Below, piece after piece: positions 9,323 to 19,344 of a DNA stretch of 64,000 nt. The DNA is taken from NCBI GenBank assembly GCA_963754875.1, contig CAVWHO010000020.1, forward strand, positions 1 through 64,000. The letters are read 5' to 3'. The notes beneath the pieces are model-generated. The model had not been told where the DNA came from and ran no database searches. It was given only the letters and a program-made list of their open reading frames with translations. This DNA comes from Nitrospirota bacterium. GTDB taxonomy: Bacteria > Nitrospirota > UBA9217. The translations under genes and the position numbers were made by a program. The stretch's first letter is position 1. Each line of letters begins with the position of its first letter.

Positions 9323-10506
9323 GTGGTGCGCCCGGCAGGGCGCGCTCACTTGGAGGTGTAAGTCCTCTACGGACCCTGATGACGGGAACCGTTAGCCGAA
9401 CCGCAAGGGCTGCCGCCGCGAGGCGGGGTCTGAAGGAAGCGGAACGCAAATCCCCGGCCCGAAGTACATGAAGCGCATACGAGACAGCCGCGTCTGGGCG
9501 AGAAGGCCATAATATTCAAAGCCCGATAGTCATTCGGAAGACGTGGAAGTAGATGCGACGGGTATATGGGGAGAAAGTGGGTGCGCAATACCCGGGGAGG
9601 TCTGCAAGCTTGCTATGGCTACCACCGTCAAGAGACGGCGGGATGAGCTTGCAGAAGTCAGCCGAGGGCATACTAGTCGCTGCGCACAGCGATGAAGGCC
9701 CGAACATGGAAGGACGGAGGGGTGCCGAAACCTCGATGGACGAAGCAGACGCGCGAAGGAAGGCTGAGATGCCAGAGGACTCCCGGAAGGTAGCGGGCGG
9801 AACCCGTAAGAATACGGCGAGGGAGCGTCAAGCGTCCGCGGCGGCAGAGGAGAACGCCCAGCCGGAAGCGACGAATCTCTTAGAGGAGGTATTGCGCCGT
9901 GAGAACCTGATAGCAGCCTTACATCGCGTCCAGTCGAACAAAGGAGCGCCGGGAGTAGACGGCATGACCGTTCTTGAACTCACGCCCTACCTTAAGACGA
10001 ACTGGCCGCGCATCCGGGAAGAGTTGCTGAGCGGACAGTACGACCCTGCGGCCGTCCTTCGGGTAGAAATCCCGAAGCCGGACGGAAAGGGAATGCGACT
10101 GCTCGGAATCCCCACCGTGCTCGATCGGTTCATCGAACAAGCAATATTGCAGGTACTCACCCCTATCTTCGATCCACAATTTAGCGAAAGCAGCTATGGT
10201 TTCCGCCGTGGACGGGGCTGTCACGGCGCAGTAAAAGCAGCTCGCGCCCATGTGGAAGCAGGCTACCGCTTTGTGGTGGACATGGACTTGGAAAAGTTCT
10301 TTGACCGCGTCAACCACGACGTACTTATGGTGCGGGTGGCCAGACGGGTCAAAGACAAGAGACTCCTCCGACTCATAGGCCGCTATTTGAGGGCAGGCAT
10401 CATGATCGGAGGGATCGTTCAAGCCCACGAAGAAGGGACGCCACAAGGTAGCCCACTCTCGCCGCTTTTGTCTAATATCATCTTGGATGATCTGGACAAG
10501 GAACTA

Positions 10507-11667
10507 GTATTGCAACAAGTTAATTACGAAACATAATGACGAGATAGCTTCTGATCAGCATCTTGTCGCGTGAATCTCCAATCTATTGTTGATCGGGCTT
10601 GATTGCGACGGTCACTCCACGCGACAATTTCCGCCCGAAGGGTTTGTTCGTTTGGCAATCGACACCCAGTACATTGTCGATCCATGATTCCGATTTCAAT
10701 TTCGGCCATATTGAGCCAACTGGCATGCTTGGGAGTGTAATGAAATTCTACCCTGTCCAACAATTGGGTCGCTCGTTTAACACCCAATACTTCTTCAAAA
10801 CTGCTGCGGAAATGAGTATTAAGATTATCCAGCACCAGATGAATCTTCTGCGCTCTTGCATAGACTTTTTTCACCAAATGACTGATGAACTGCACAAAAT
10901 CACTCTTTGTGCGATGGGCTGTTACTTCCGCCTGCCTGTGTCCGCCCTTAGGTTCAATCGCCATGAAAATGTTACGGGTACCAGCACGCTTATACTCGTA
11001 ATCTTCTTTGGTCGGATTTCCCGGGCTGGCTGGAATCGGTGCCCGTGGTTGTTCCAAAAGTTGCTTGCTCTTTTCGTCTACGCAGACCACCGGCTCGTTC
11101 TCCTGATAAGGTCTTGCGTAAAGATCCAGCAAATCATACATCCTTTGGCGATATTCCGTGGTCAATTTACCAATGCACCACATCAACCTGCGCCAGGGTT
11201 TGCAGTCGTTTTTTTTAGAAAGAGACGAATGCTTTCACGACTAATATTTTTAAGTTTCGGTCGCCGTCTCGCTGCTTTGGTCAACAAGTCGATTGTCCAG
11301 CGCTTGGCGCCCTTCGGAGGTGCGCTACAGGCCAAAGCCACGACCTCGGCCTGCTGATCGGTTCCATATAGTATCGGTTGCCCAGGCCGCTCGACATCAT
11401 GCAAAGCATAAGCCAAGCCTTTTTCCAGGTAGGCAGAGCGGGTGCGCCAAATGGCGGTTCGACCAACACCCAGAACTAACATGATTTGCTTTTCAGGTAC
11501 GTTTTGGTCTAAAGCCGATAATATATGTGCGCGATTGAATTCTCTGGCCATATGCTGCCCCTTGGCACGAAATGGCTTTAGAGTGGCTCGATCTTCTTCG
11601 GTAAGTTGCATTTTAACTTGTCTCATGAAGTATAGTATAATGTTTCGTTATTAATTTGTCAAGATAC
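10507..11667 (-). mobile_element. IS630-family insertion sequence
   Basis: Imperfect TIRs GTATTGCAACAAGTTAATTACGAAACAT / GTATCTTGACAAATTAATAACGAAACAT; TA duplication at 10505-10506 and 11668-11669 within CTAG. Confidence 0.95.
10524..11626 (-). CDS. IS630 transposase, HTH ORF and DDE ORF joined by -1 frameshift
   Basis: HTH ORF 11183-11626; DDE ORF (VCVDEK, LVLDNLNTH, SWLNMAEIE); A8 run at 11209-11216 gives LKKNDCKPW after a -1 shift. Confidence 0.9.
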
Positions 11668-12477
11668 TAGAGCGAAGAGGCCACCACTTCTGCCGGTACG
11701 CCGATGACTGTAATATCTACGTCAAGTCGAAGGCAGCCGGAGAACAGGTGATGCAGTCAATCACCCGGTTTCTTGCAAAGAAGCTACGCTTGACGGTTAA
11801 CAAAGAAAAGAGCGCGGTAGACCGTCCTTGGAACCGCAAGTTCCTCGGTTACACCATGACATTGCATCGTAGCCCGAAACTCAAGGTGTCGCCGAAAAGC
11901 ATCAAGAGAGCCAAGGCGCGTGTTAAGGAGATCACCCGAAAGGGACGGGGACGCTCACTGCCGAAGGTGATTGCCGAACTTACGAAGTACCTTCGGGGAT
12001 GGGTAAATTACTTCCGGCTGTCCCAAGTGAAGATCGCTTTCGAGGAACTGGATCAATGGATACGGCGGAAACTGCGCTGTGTCCTCTGGCGACAATGGAA
12101 GAAGCCGCGAACCAGAGCCAAGAAACTTATCCAGCTAGGGATAGAAAAGGCAAGAGCTTTTGCCTCAGCCTACAATGGCCGGGGTCCATGGTGGAACGCC
12201 GGCGCGTCACATATGAACGCTGCGGTAACCGCCAAAGGGCTACAACAACAGGGACTCATGAGCCTTCTCACAGAGCATCGACGCTTTACAGACCTTGCGT
12301 GAACCGCCGTATGCCGAACGGCACGTACGTGTGGTGTGAGAGGCTGGGGCCGGAAGGCCCCCGCCTACTCGATCCGTTAAAAGACACTAAAACGCAATTT
12401 CCCGCGACTTATCAGCGACGAAATGCTACGGTTGCGCGGGACATCGCGGAAATATTTCTCCATCGTATCTCCCTTTC

Positions 12478-12506
12478 TTGACAGGTTCGCAGTTTTCTAT
12501 TAGGCT
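12478..12506 (+). promoter_or_regulatory. sigma70-like promoter of c7 copy 2
   Basis: TTGACA-17 bp-TAGGCT. Confidence 0.6.
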
Positions 12507-12604
12507 ATCCCTAGTACGTCGAAAAAATTCGACCAGTTCTTCTGTTTCATCTTCGAACCATCAGTGGTACAAATTTCCGGAAATGAGAGGAGGTGAACGA
12601 GCCC

Positions 12605-12913
12605 ATGAAGAAAAGTATTGTCACAGCACTTGCATTTCTGGCTGCATTTGTGTTGGCAGTCCCGGCGTTCGCGGTCGCTCCCGGCAAAACCGTGGAGTAT
12701 CTAAAAGGCGGCAAGGTCGTTTTTGACGGGAAAACCCATGCAAAAGCAAAATGCAATGCCTGTCATCCGGCCATCTTCAAAATGAAAAAAGGCACGGCTG
12801 AGATGACCATGAAGGACATGGAGGCGGGAAAATTCTGCGGTGCGTGTCACGACGGCACCAAGGCATTCAGCGTGAAGGACACCGCCAAGTGCGGGGAATG
12901 CCACAAAAAGTAG
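12605..12913 (+). CDS. Triheme c7-type periplasmic cytochrome, copy 2
   Basis: Signal peptide; GKVVFDGKTH, CNACH, GKFCGACH, CGECH; clear paralog of 8943-9263. Confidence 0.92.
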   Translation: MKKSIVTALAFLAAFVLAVPAFAVAPGKTVEYLKGGKVVFDGKTHAKAKCNACHPAIFKMKKGTAEMTMKDMEAGKFCGACHDGTKAFSVKDTAKCGECHKK

Positions 12914-12932
12914 GATGGCTTCATTGGTCAAG

Positions 12933-12969
12933 AAAAAAGCCCTCGCGATCCATTCGTGAGGGCTTTTTT
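12933..12969. terminator. Bidirectional Rho-independent terminator
   Basis: AAAAAAGCCCTCGCGA-TCCAT-TCGTGAGGGCTTTTTT. Confidence 0.88.
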
Positions 12970-13769
12970 GTATTTATACGCCCGCGAGAAAGGTTCCGAG
13001 GGCTTTTGCTGCAGAAGGTCCAATCTATTCGGTTCTACGTCTTTCTTCTCATCTTACTCCGTGAGCCATTGAAGCGCGAAGGCGAGAGATAATCCAACTT
13101 AAAAAATCTCAATGGCCCATTTTGTTCCAGATAGGTACGGGGAAAAACATGATAGTTATTATAAGAATAAAGTACTATTGCATTCATCGAAAGATGTGCT
13201 AACTTTATATGAAGAAGGTTGATGCAATCTGATACGTTACTCATCCACTAAAAAGGAAACATGCTTCAGAACCATCGGGCCGCAAAGATGAAGGAAGCAA
13301 AAGCATGGCTTCAGGATTTGCTTTTGTGCCGATCTGGCCCCATATCGGTATGAGCATTTGCGGTCATAACTGTGAAGTTTTAGCATCGATTGAATCCCTC
13401 GACTTGCAATCCCTGGCTCGTGCCAGGGTAATGCGTTGTAAACCTCGCCTTGCACACGTGCTTTGCATAGCCTGTATTCGCGCTGCGCACTCATTATCAC
13501 TGGTCATAGGCTCGTAAACGCTGGGCAGGAGGTCGCTTATTTGAGGGACCCTCCGGCTCTTGGGGGAGGGGACTTAAGTGTTTCCGATCGATCCTCCTTG
13601 GCAAGGGCGCAGGCCGAACAGACAATTGAAGATGCCGTCGCTAAGAGTCCGTATCGCAAGTTGTTAATTTTTGCGGTAGGTCCTTTTGTTGTTAAGTGAC
13701 ATGCTCGCTTTTCCCAATGAAGACCTTTCTGACTGTTCATAAAAAACATCCAATAAAAGGAGGAACATC

Positions 13770-16178
13770 ATGAAACAGTTGTGCGTGATCTTGACAGGAT
13801 TTTTTCTGGTTGTGGCCCTTGTTGCTGTCGCGTATCCAGTTGCGGCACGATCGGCGGCTCCTTACAACTTCAACCCTCCCTTCGGGCACAGCCTCGAGAA
13901 ACGGGTGACTGTCAAGGACGGGGCAGGAAAAAGCGAGACCCTCTATGATCCCAAAGACCCTTACGCCATTTTCATTAACTATGAACTGGGGATGCACTGC
14001 GTGGGGTTTGATATTTCCTACTGCTGCGTCATCCCCCCGTACAACAGCATCCAGGCCCAGACGGTCAGGACCGGCGAGCAGGGCCAATTGCCGCGTCTGC
14101 TCTCGCCCGACGACGGTGTCAAGCTTTCCTACTCGGTCAGGGACAACAGCTACAGCGAAGGGAACAAAATGCGCTACTGGCAGGTGACCAAGGACGTTTA
14201 CGGAACGGGCAGGAGCGATGATCCCGGCGACACTATGGCGAATTACGTCTGGACCCACCTTTTCATCTACAAGGACCTCGAAGGCACTATCCCCCCGGGC
14301 GCCACCGACGCGCAGCGACTTTCCGTGGGCAAGCAGATCCAGGTGCCCATCGATTCCGGGCCGACGGGAAAGAATCTCTCCGGCGGCGAACTGACCTACG
14401 CGGGAAGCACGGGGAGCAACAAGGTTTTTACCGACTCTCTCATCCCCGAGGTCAAGAACATCCAGTTGACTCTCACGGCGTCGTACCTGTGGGACGCGCT
14501 CGGACTTCCCCTGACCGCGTTCAACGACAGCAGAAGGAAAGGGACCATCCGCACCGTATCGGACTTCGACTTCCAGCCCTATCAGTACTCCACGGTCCGC
14601 TTGGAGGATGCAAAGGGGAAGCCGATCATGGCCACGGGAAAACAGGTCGTATTTTTCGGGACAAACCCCGTCGATATCCCGAACTGCTATGTTTGTCATT
14701 CCGGCGAAGGCAAGGCCGCGAAATTGTCCCGGCAGGAAGGGTTGTCGCTTTTCGACAAGGAATACGACTATTGGAAAAAGCACTATAACGATATGTCGGA
14801 ATTCATGGCGCGGTCGTCCGCGGCGAGCATCAATATCCTCGAATTGCATGACAAGCATTACGGCACAGCTTTCCTCAGGGACTACCGGGCTGATGCTTCC
14901 ACGAACCGTCTCGGAAATGTAGGTCCTGTGTATTGCGCCGACTGTCACGGCGACAACGTCTCCGGCAACTTGCAGTCCCCGCGTCCGACGGCAACGGGGT
15001 ATAAAACGGTTAAGGCAAAGGCGTTGACTGTGGCGATCCATGGAGCGCACGCCGGGTTTATCTCCATGCCCGATAAGGCGGGAAGGACGCAGAGCTGCCA
15101 GGCATGCCACCCCTCGCATTGGCAGCCGGAAAAGATGAACAACATGGCGGCAAATCCCTATCTGGTCGTCGACAGGGAGGGCAATCCCCGATTTTCGAAT
15201 GCCGATGTCAGGACAGCTGGCGGAGGTTGCTACCTGCGCCGCGATGCACACACCAACCCGAACGTAAAGCCTCCCTTCTTCCTGAACAGCATCGGGAAGT
15301 GGTATCTTCGTGAAGTGAGCATGAAGGACGAGCTGGGAAAGCCGGTCAAGGAGAAGAGGGGACTTTACTGTACAAATTGCCATAATCAGCTCGCGCACGA
15401 GTTGTACGATCGGGATAATCTGCAGAATGCAGCCACCCAGGAAGGGACCTCCCTGCGAGACAAATCCCTTGCCGAGGTCGTCAGCGCCGTGGCAAAAGGA
15501 GACGAAACGAAGTTCAAACAATACTATGCCGATCCCATCGTGGGAGCTGAAGGAGACCCCCTTGCCGCGTATTACGTGAACCATACCGGTGCAACACTTG
15601 TGAAGGCCACAAAGGACAGTGCAGGCAAGTTGGAGCTCCTTCCCTGGAATGTACAGGAAGGCGATGCCGTACCCTATGACGGAGCCTCGGGAGGCCAGGA
15701 TTGGTGGCTTGCGGCAGGAGAGCCCCACTGCGCCGACTGCCATGTCGCTCCTTTTGTCGAGAGTGCAGGCGGGACGTATTTCCCCATCGACCAGCCGAAC
15801 AAGTATTCCCTGTACCGGTATTCAAAGGCGCACGGTAACATTGCCTGCCAGTCCTGTCATGAGTCGATCCACGGTCTCTATCCGGTGCGCTATGAAGGGG
15901 TGGAAGGCACAGTGGACATTACGACACACGAGCAAGCGCTCCAGTTCAGTCCTGACGGAAAATATGCCGGGCCCGTGACCTGCGGGACCTGTCACCGGGT
16001 GAATAAAAAGGGAGTGCCGAGCCAGCTGAAGAATACGGGATACTACAACGATTATTGGGCTGCGGTTGCGCTGCTCCATTATATGCGGGCAGGAGACGAG
16101 AAGCTTCCGATCGACAAGCTTATGGAAAAGTTCCCCTACCATCAATCCCAGAAGGTCGTGCAGGAGGGATGGGAATAA
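13770..16178 (+). CDS. Large secreted multiheme cytochrome c (7 CxxCH) with heme-free N-terminal domain
   Basis: Signal peptide; AGGAGG RBS; NYELGMHC...IPPYN motif; CYVCH, CADCH, CQACH, CTNCH, CADCH, CQSCH, CGTCH. Confidence 0.88.
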   Translation: MKQLCVILTGFFLVVALVAVAYPVAARSAAPYNFNPPFGHSLEKRVTVKDGAGKSETLYDPKDPYAIFINYELGMHCVGFDISYCCVIPPYNSIQAQTVRTGEQGQLPRLLSPDDGVKLSYSVRDNSYSEGNKMRYWQVTKDVYGTGRSDDPGDTMANYVWTHLFIYKDLEGTIPPGATDAQRLSVGKQIQVPIDSGPTGKNLSGGELTYAGSTGSNKVFTDSLIPEVKNIQLTLTASYLWDALGLPLTAFNDSRRKGTIRTVSDFDFQPYQYSTVRLEDAKGKPIMATGKQVVFFGTNPVDIPNCYVCHSGEGKAAKLSRQEGLSLFDKEYDYWKKHYNDMSEFMARSSAASINILELHDKHYGTAFLRDYRADASTNRLGNVGPVYCADCHGDNVSGNLQSPRPTATGYKTVKAKALTVAIHGAHAGFISMPDKAGRTQSCQACHPSHWQPEKMNNMAANPYLVVDREGNPRFSNADVRTAGGGCYLRRDAHTNPNVKPPFFLNSIGKWYLREVSMKDELGKPVKEKRGLYCTNCHNQLAHELYDRDNLQNAATQEGTSLRDKSLAEVVSAVAKGDETKFKQYYADPIVGAEGDPLAAYYVNHTGATLVKATKDSAGKLELLPWNVQEGDAVPYDGASGGQDWWLAAGEPHCADCHVAPFVESAGGTYFPIDQPNKYSLYRYSKAHGNIACQSCHESIHGLYPVRYEGVEGTVDITTHEQALQFSPDGKYAGPVTCGTCHRVNKKGVPSQLKNTGYYNDYWAAVALLHYMRAGDEKLPIDKLMEKFPYHQSQKVVQEGWE

Positions 16179-16185
16179 ACAGTCA

Positions 16186-16228
16186 GCGCGGTCAGGGAGA
16201 CAAGTTACCCCTCACCGCGCCGCTTTTT
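16186..16228 (+). terminator. Probable terminator
   Basis: GCGCGGTCAGGG...CCCTCACCGCGC imperfect stem followed by TTTTT. Confidence 0.55.
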
Positions 16229-16606
16229 CCAATGTCGACGTGCAAAGAGGATATTGATCAGTATCGTATTCTTGACCATTCCGCCGAAAAAGAAACAGTA
16301 CTTGTCTGACCATATGCTTATAAATGATACCTAAGCCCTCCGAAAAATTGCAGGCCGGCCGATAAAAAATAAGCAGGCTGTCCCCAGATAAAATCCCCGC
16401 AGCTGAACAGTGCTCCTTAACAGTGGTAAAATTCTATTGAAAGGGATTGCCGGGCGGCAACTCCCGAAAAACTGATCGAGAAGTAAGGCCATACGTGGAG
16501 CTTGATCACGTTGGACCGCGGCTCGCCGGGGCAAAACAGAATTGAACGTACAGGACTGTGGTCCCAAGCAGAATCTCCTGGCGGATACGTGGTAAGGACG
16601 ACGAAC

Positions 16607-17122
16607 ATGAATCTTAAACAACGTTTGATGGAAAAGAAATTTTCAGTTGTGACGACATGGCGTGATGCCGCTGTCGTGGTCCCCGCTGGTGCGGGGCCGG
16701 ACTTCCTGGAAAAGCAGAGAACGCTGGTCGTAGATGCCATGGGGTACGACCTGGAGCAGGGCATGGGCGGACTTTTCGACGCGCTGCTTCAGGGGGTCAT
16801 TTCTGACGACGTGTCGCGGTTTCTAGACAGCATGATCAGAATACGTGCGGCGAGTGATTTCACGGCTTCTCAGTCCGTGGCGTTCATCTTTGAAGTTAAG
16901 AAGGCCGTCCGCAAGGAGCTCGGAAATGAGGTCCTGAACGATTTGCAGTTACAGGAAGGTCTGTCCGCCTGGGACTCCGCCGTTGATGACCTCATGTTGT
17001 TTGCCTTCAATATTTATGTGCGGTGCCGCGATAATGTTCTTGATGCCAAGGCCAAAGAAGAAAGCCAGAAGACGCTTCGGCTTCTTAAAAAGGCCAAGCT
17101 GATCCCCGATGATCAAGAATGA
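16607..17122 (+). CDS. RsbRD N-terminal domain protein (DsrT-like)
   Basis: W..FL.KQ..MGY...LDSMIRIRAASDFTASQSVAFIFEVKKAVRKEL...VDDLMLFAFNIYVRCR pattern typical of DsrT. Confidence 0.75.
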   Translation: MNLKQRLMEKKFSVVTTWRDAAVVVPAGAGPDFLEKQRTLVVDAMGYDLEQGMGGLFDALLQGVISDDVSRFLDSMIRIRAASDFTASQSVAFIFEVKKAVRKELGNEVLNDLQLQEGLSAWDSAVDDLMLFAFNIYVRCRDNVLDAKAKEESQKTLRLLKKAKLIPDDQE

Positions 17123-17216
17123 GGAGCGGCGAGAGTTCACTCGTACAAGAACAAAAAAAGTGATGCTCGCTCCAAATTATTCGCTTGTCCGCCAGAAGCA
17201 AGGGGAGGGTAATGCC

Positions 17217-17591
17217 ATGATAAAGATCAAACGAGTTTATGATCAGCCTTCACGAGATGACGGGAAACACATCCTGATCGACCGGTTATGGCCGAGAGGC
17301 CTCAAGAAAGAAGATGCACGGGTCGATGAATGGCTAAAGGAAATCGCCCCGAGCAGTAGACTCAGGAAATGGTTCAATCATGACCCGAACAAGTGGGACG
17401 AGTTCAAGAAGAGGTTCTTTATGGAATTGCTGAAGAAGCAGAACATGGTGGAGGGGATCCTCAGCACCGCGCGGAAAGGCACCGTAACATTACTGTTCGG
17501 ATCAAAGGAAGAACGTTTCAACAATGCCGCAGCGTTAAAGGAATTTATCGACACCGAAATGAATGTATCGGGACAGAAGAAAGCCGCGTGA
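17217..17591 (+). CDS. DUF488 (YeaO-like) protein
   Basis: IKIKRVYD...DG..ILIDRLWPRGLKKE...WLKEIAPS..LRKWFNHDP...NNA. Confidence 0.9.
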   Translation: MIKIKRVYDQPSRDDGKHILIDRLWPRGLKKEDARVDEWLKEIAPSSRLRKWFNHDPNKWDEFKKRFFMELLKKQNMVEGILSTARKGTVTLLFGSKEERFNNAAALKEFIDTEMNVSGQKKAA

Positions 17592-17634
17592 AACCACCGG
17601 GGCAGCCAAAAGGCAGGTTAAAACGCAGGACATC

Positions 17635-18873
17635 ATGAAATGGGTTGAAAGCTGGTATATTTCGTATGCTTTGCTCGGGCTTTCCGCAGCCGGGCTGGTC
17701 CCGATCCTGCTGCCCCTTGTGATCAGCCGGACAAACGGGGCCGCAGACATCGGCCTTATCATGGCATCATTCAGCCTGGGAGGGCTCACGTCGCCGGTTT
17801 GGGGCGGACTTGCCGACCGCTATCGGCTCCACCGAAAGCTGCTCGTCGGGGGCCTTTTCGGGGCGGCTGTCGGAGCAGCCGTCTTTCCATTGACCTTGTC
17901 CCTTTCCCTTCGGACCGGGCTGGCGTTCGTAGCCGGCATCGGTTTGGCCTCGGCTTCCACGGTCGCGAACCTTTTTATCGTGGAGGTCCATCCGGAGTCC
18001 GAATGGGACGCGCGCATCGGCTGGCTCCAGACCTTTTACGGCGGCGGCCAGGTCATAGGACTGGTGCTCGCAGGATTGATCGGTCAGAGCAGGCCTGAGT
18101 TCGGTCTTTGGCTGGCCGGAGGGATAGGAATTGCGGCAATCATTCCGGCCTCGCTCGGAACGCGCCAAGAGCCGCATGTTCTCCTGCAGCGCCGGCCTGT
18201 TCTCTCGCGGCCCGTGCACCATGCCGAATGGCCTGCCAGCTCGCCCCAGCACCTTTACCACCATCCGACCATGCAAGGCCTCAGGACGTTCTTCGCGCCT
18301 TTCCGGACGTCCTTTGGGATTTTTTTGATCGCCTGGTTACTAAGTTTTTCAGGCAGCGCAGCATTCTTTTCCTTCTATCCCGTTTTAATGCAGAAAGTGT
18401 ACGGAGTTCTGCCGGGGCTGTCGTCAACAGGATATGCCCTGGCCGCAGGGCTGGGACTCATCCTGTATGCTCCGGCCGGAAAGTGGTCTACACGGAGGGG
18501 GCCGCTGCCGATACTTCGGGACGCGCTGGTCCTGCGCATGGCCGCCTTTCTTGTGCTGACGGTTCTGGCAATCGCGCCGATTGCCGGACGCGGCTGGCCA
18601 GCAATGCTGTTCTTTCTCTTTGTCGTGCTTGCATGGTCATTGCTCAGCGTGAGCAGCACGGCACTGGTTGCTTCCCTGTCTCCGGAAAACGAGGGAGAGG
18701 GTATGGGCATCTTTAACGCCGTTACTGCGCTGTCCGGCGTCATCGGGGCCGCCGTTGGAGGATGGGCCGCGAATGTGTGGGGGTATGCCGCCATTCCCGT
18801 CATGGGAATAATCGGAGTCGGCGCGGGATTGATCATGCTTTTGGCAACTCGAGTAAAATTGATGCATTCGTAA
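17635..18873 (+). CDS. MFS transporter
   Basis: About 12 TM helices; motif A WGGLADRYRLHRK; two-halves topology. Confidence 0.88.
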   Translation: MKWVESWYISYALLGLSAAGLVPILLPLVISRTNGAADIGLIMASFSLGGLTSPVWGGLADRYRLHRKLLVGGLFGAAVGAAVFPLTLSLSLRTGLAFVAGIGLASASTVANLFIVEVHPESEWDARIGWLQTFYGGGQVIGLVLAGLIGQSRPEFGLWLAGGIGIAAIIPASLGTRQEPHVLLQRRPVLSRPVHHAEWPASSPQHLYHHPTMQGLRTFFAPFRTSFGIFLIAWLLSFSGSAAFFSFYPVLMQKVYGVLPGLSSTGYALAAGLGLILYAPAGKWSTRRGPLPILRDALVLRMAAFLVLTVLAIAPIAGRGWPAMLFFLFVVLAWSLLSVSSTALVASLSPENEGEGMGIFNAVTALSGVIGAAVGGWAANVWGYAAIPVMGIIGVGAGLIMLLATRVKLMHS

Positions 18874-18995
18874 AAAGTCGTTCTCACACAAAGATCACGG
18901 AGGACACACACAGAAAAATCCGAATGTTTTCAATATGCCTTTCTTAGTGCCTTTGTGCCTTCGTGTGAGAAAGTGATTTCTTACGAAATAATCAA
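18859..18995. repeat. MITE/REP-like nested inverted repeat element
   Basis: Outer imperfect IRs TTGATGCATTCGTAAAAAGTC / GATTTCTTACGAAATAATCAA; inner IRs TTCTCACACAAAG.. / ..CTTCGTGTGAGAA. Confidence 0.65.
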
Positions 18996-19344
18996 AATTG
19001 AAAGAAGGAGAAGCTGAGAATAAGTGAAAAATATTGTCGCATGGATGCGCGAATCTTGAACAAGAAAAAAGAATCTTAGACACATCCTCCACTCGCGCAT
19101 ACGCACGCCCTGCATTCGCGGTTCCACTCATAAACGCGGGTGCAGGCTCGTAATCGCTGGGCGCAGGCGGCTAACAGCGGATTTTATTTATGAAGAAACG
19201 GGACTATGTCATTGACTTATCCGGTTTGATCATGGCCTTTATCGGATTTGATCCGTGTCCAAAGGTTTGTTCTTTGGTTGTGCGGCTGGAGGCCGAGTTA
19301 TGTAATAACCTATTTGATCCAAAATCGAACGAGGAGGCATTCGA

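Larger units (their letters stand above)
9736..12302 (+). pseudogene. ltrA: Intron-encoded reverse transcriptase/maturase split by IS630
   Basis: NKGAPGVDG, RLLGIPTVLDR, DLEKFFD, GTPQGSPLSPLL; removing the IS restores DKELERRGHHFCRYADD; maturase LRGWVNYF; start approximate. Confidence 0.92.
9326..12373 (+). mobile_element. Group II intron, class C, interrupted by IS630
   Basis: 5' GTGCG just after a terminator; short domain V GAACCGCCGTATGCCGAACGGCACGTACG with CGC triad; 3' end CCTACTCGAT; internal RT ORF without endonuclease domain. Confidence 0.93.

Noticed and set aside
9736..12302. RT as a retron, DGR or defence RT
   Set aside because: Flanked by GTGCG and domain V/VI ends, has a maturase domain and sits after a terminator: a standard group IIC intron
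12970..13769. Riboswitch or small ORFs in the long intergenic region (also 16230-16600 and 27940-28670)
   Set aside because: No recognisable c-di-GMP/GEMM or other riboswitch consensus and no convincing ORF; an Infernal/Rfam scan would be needed
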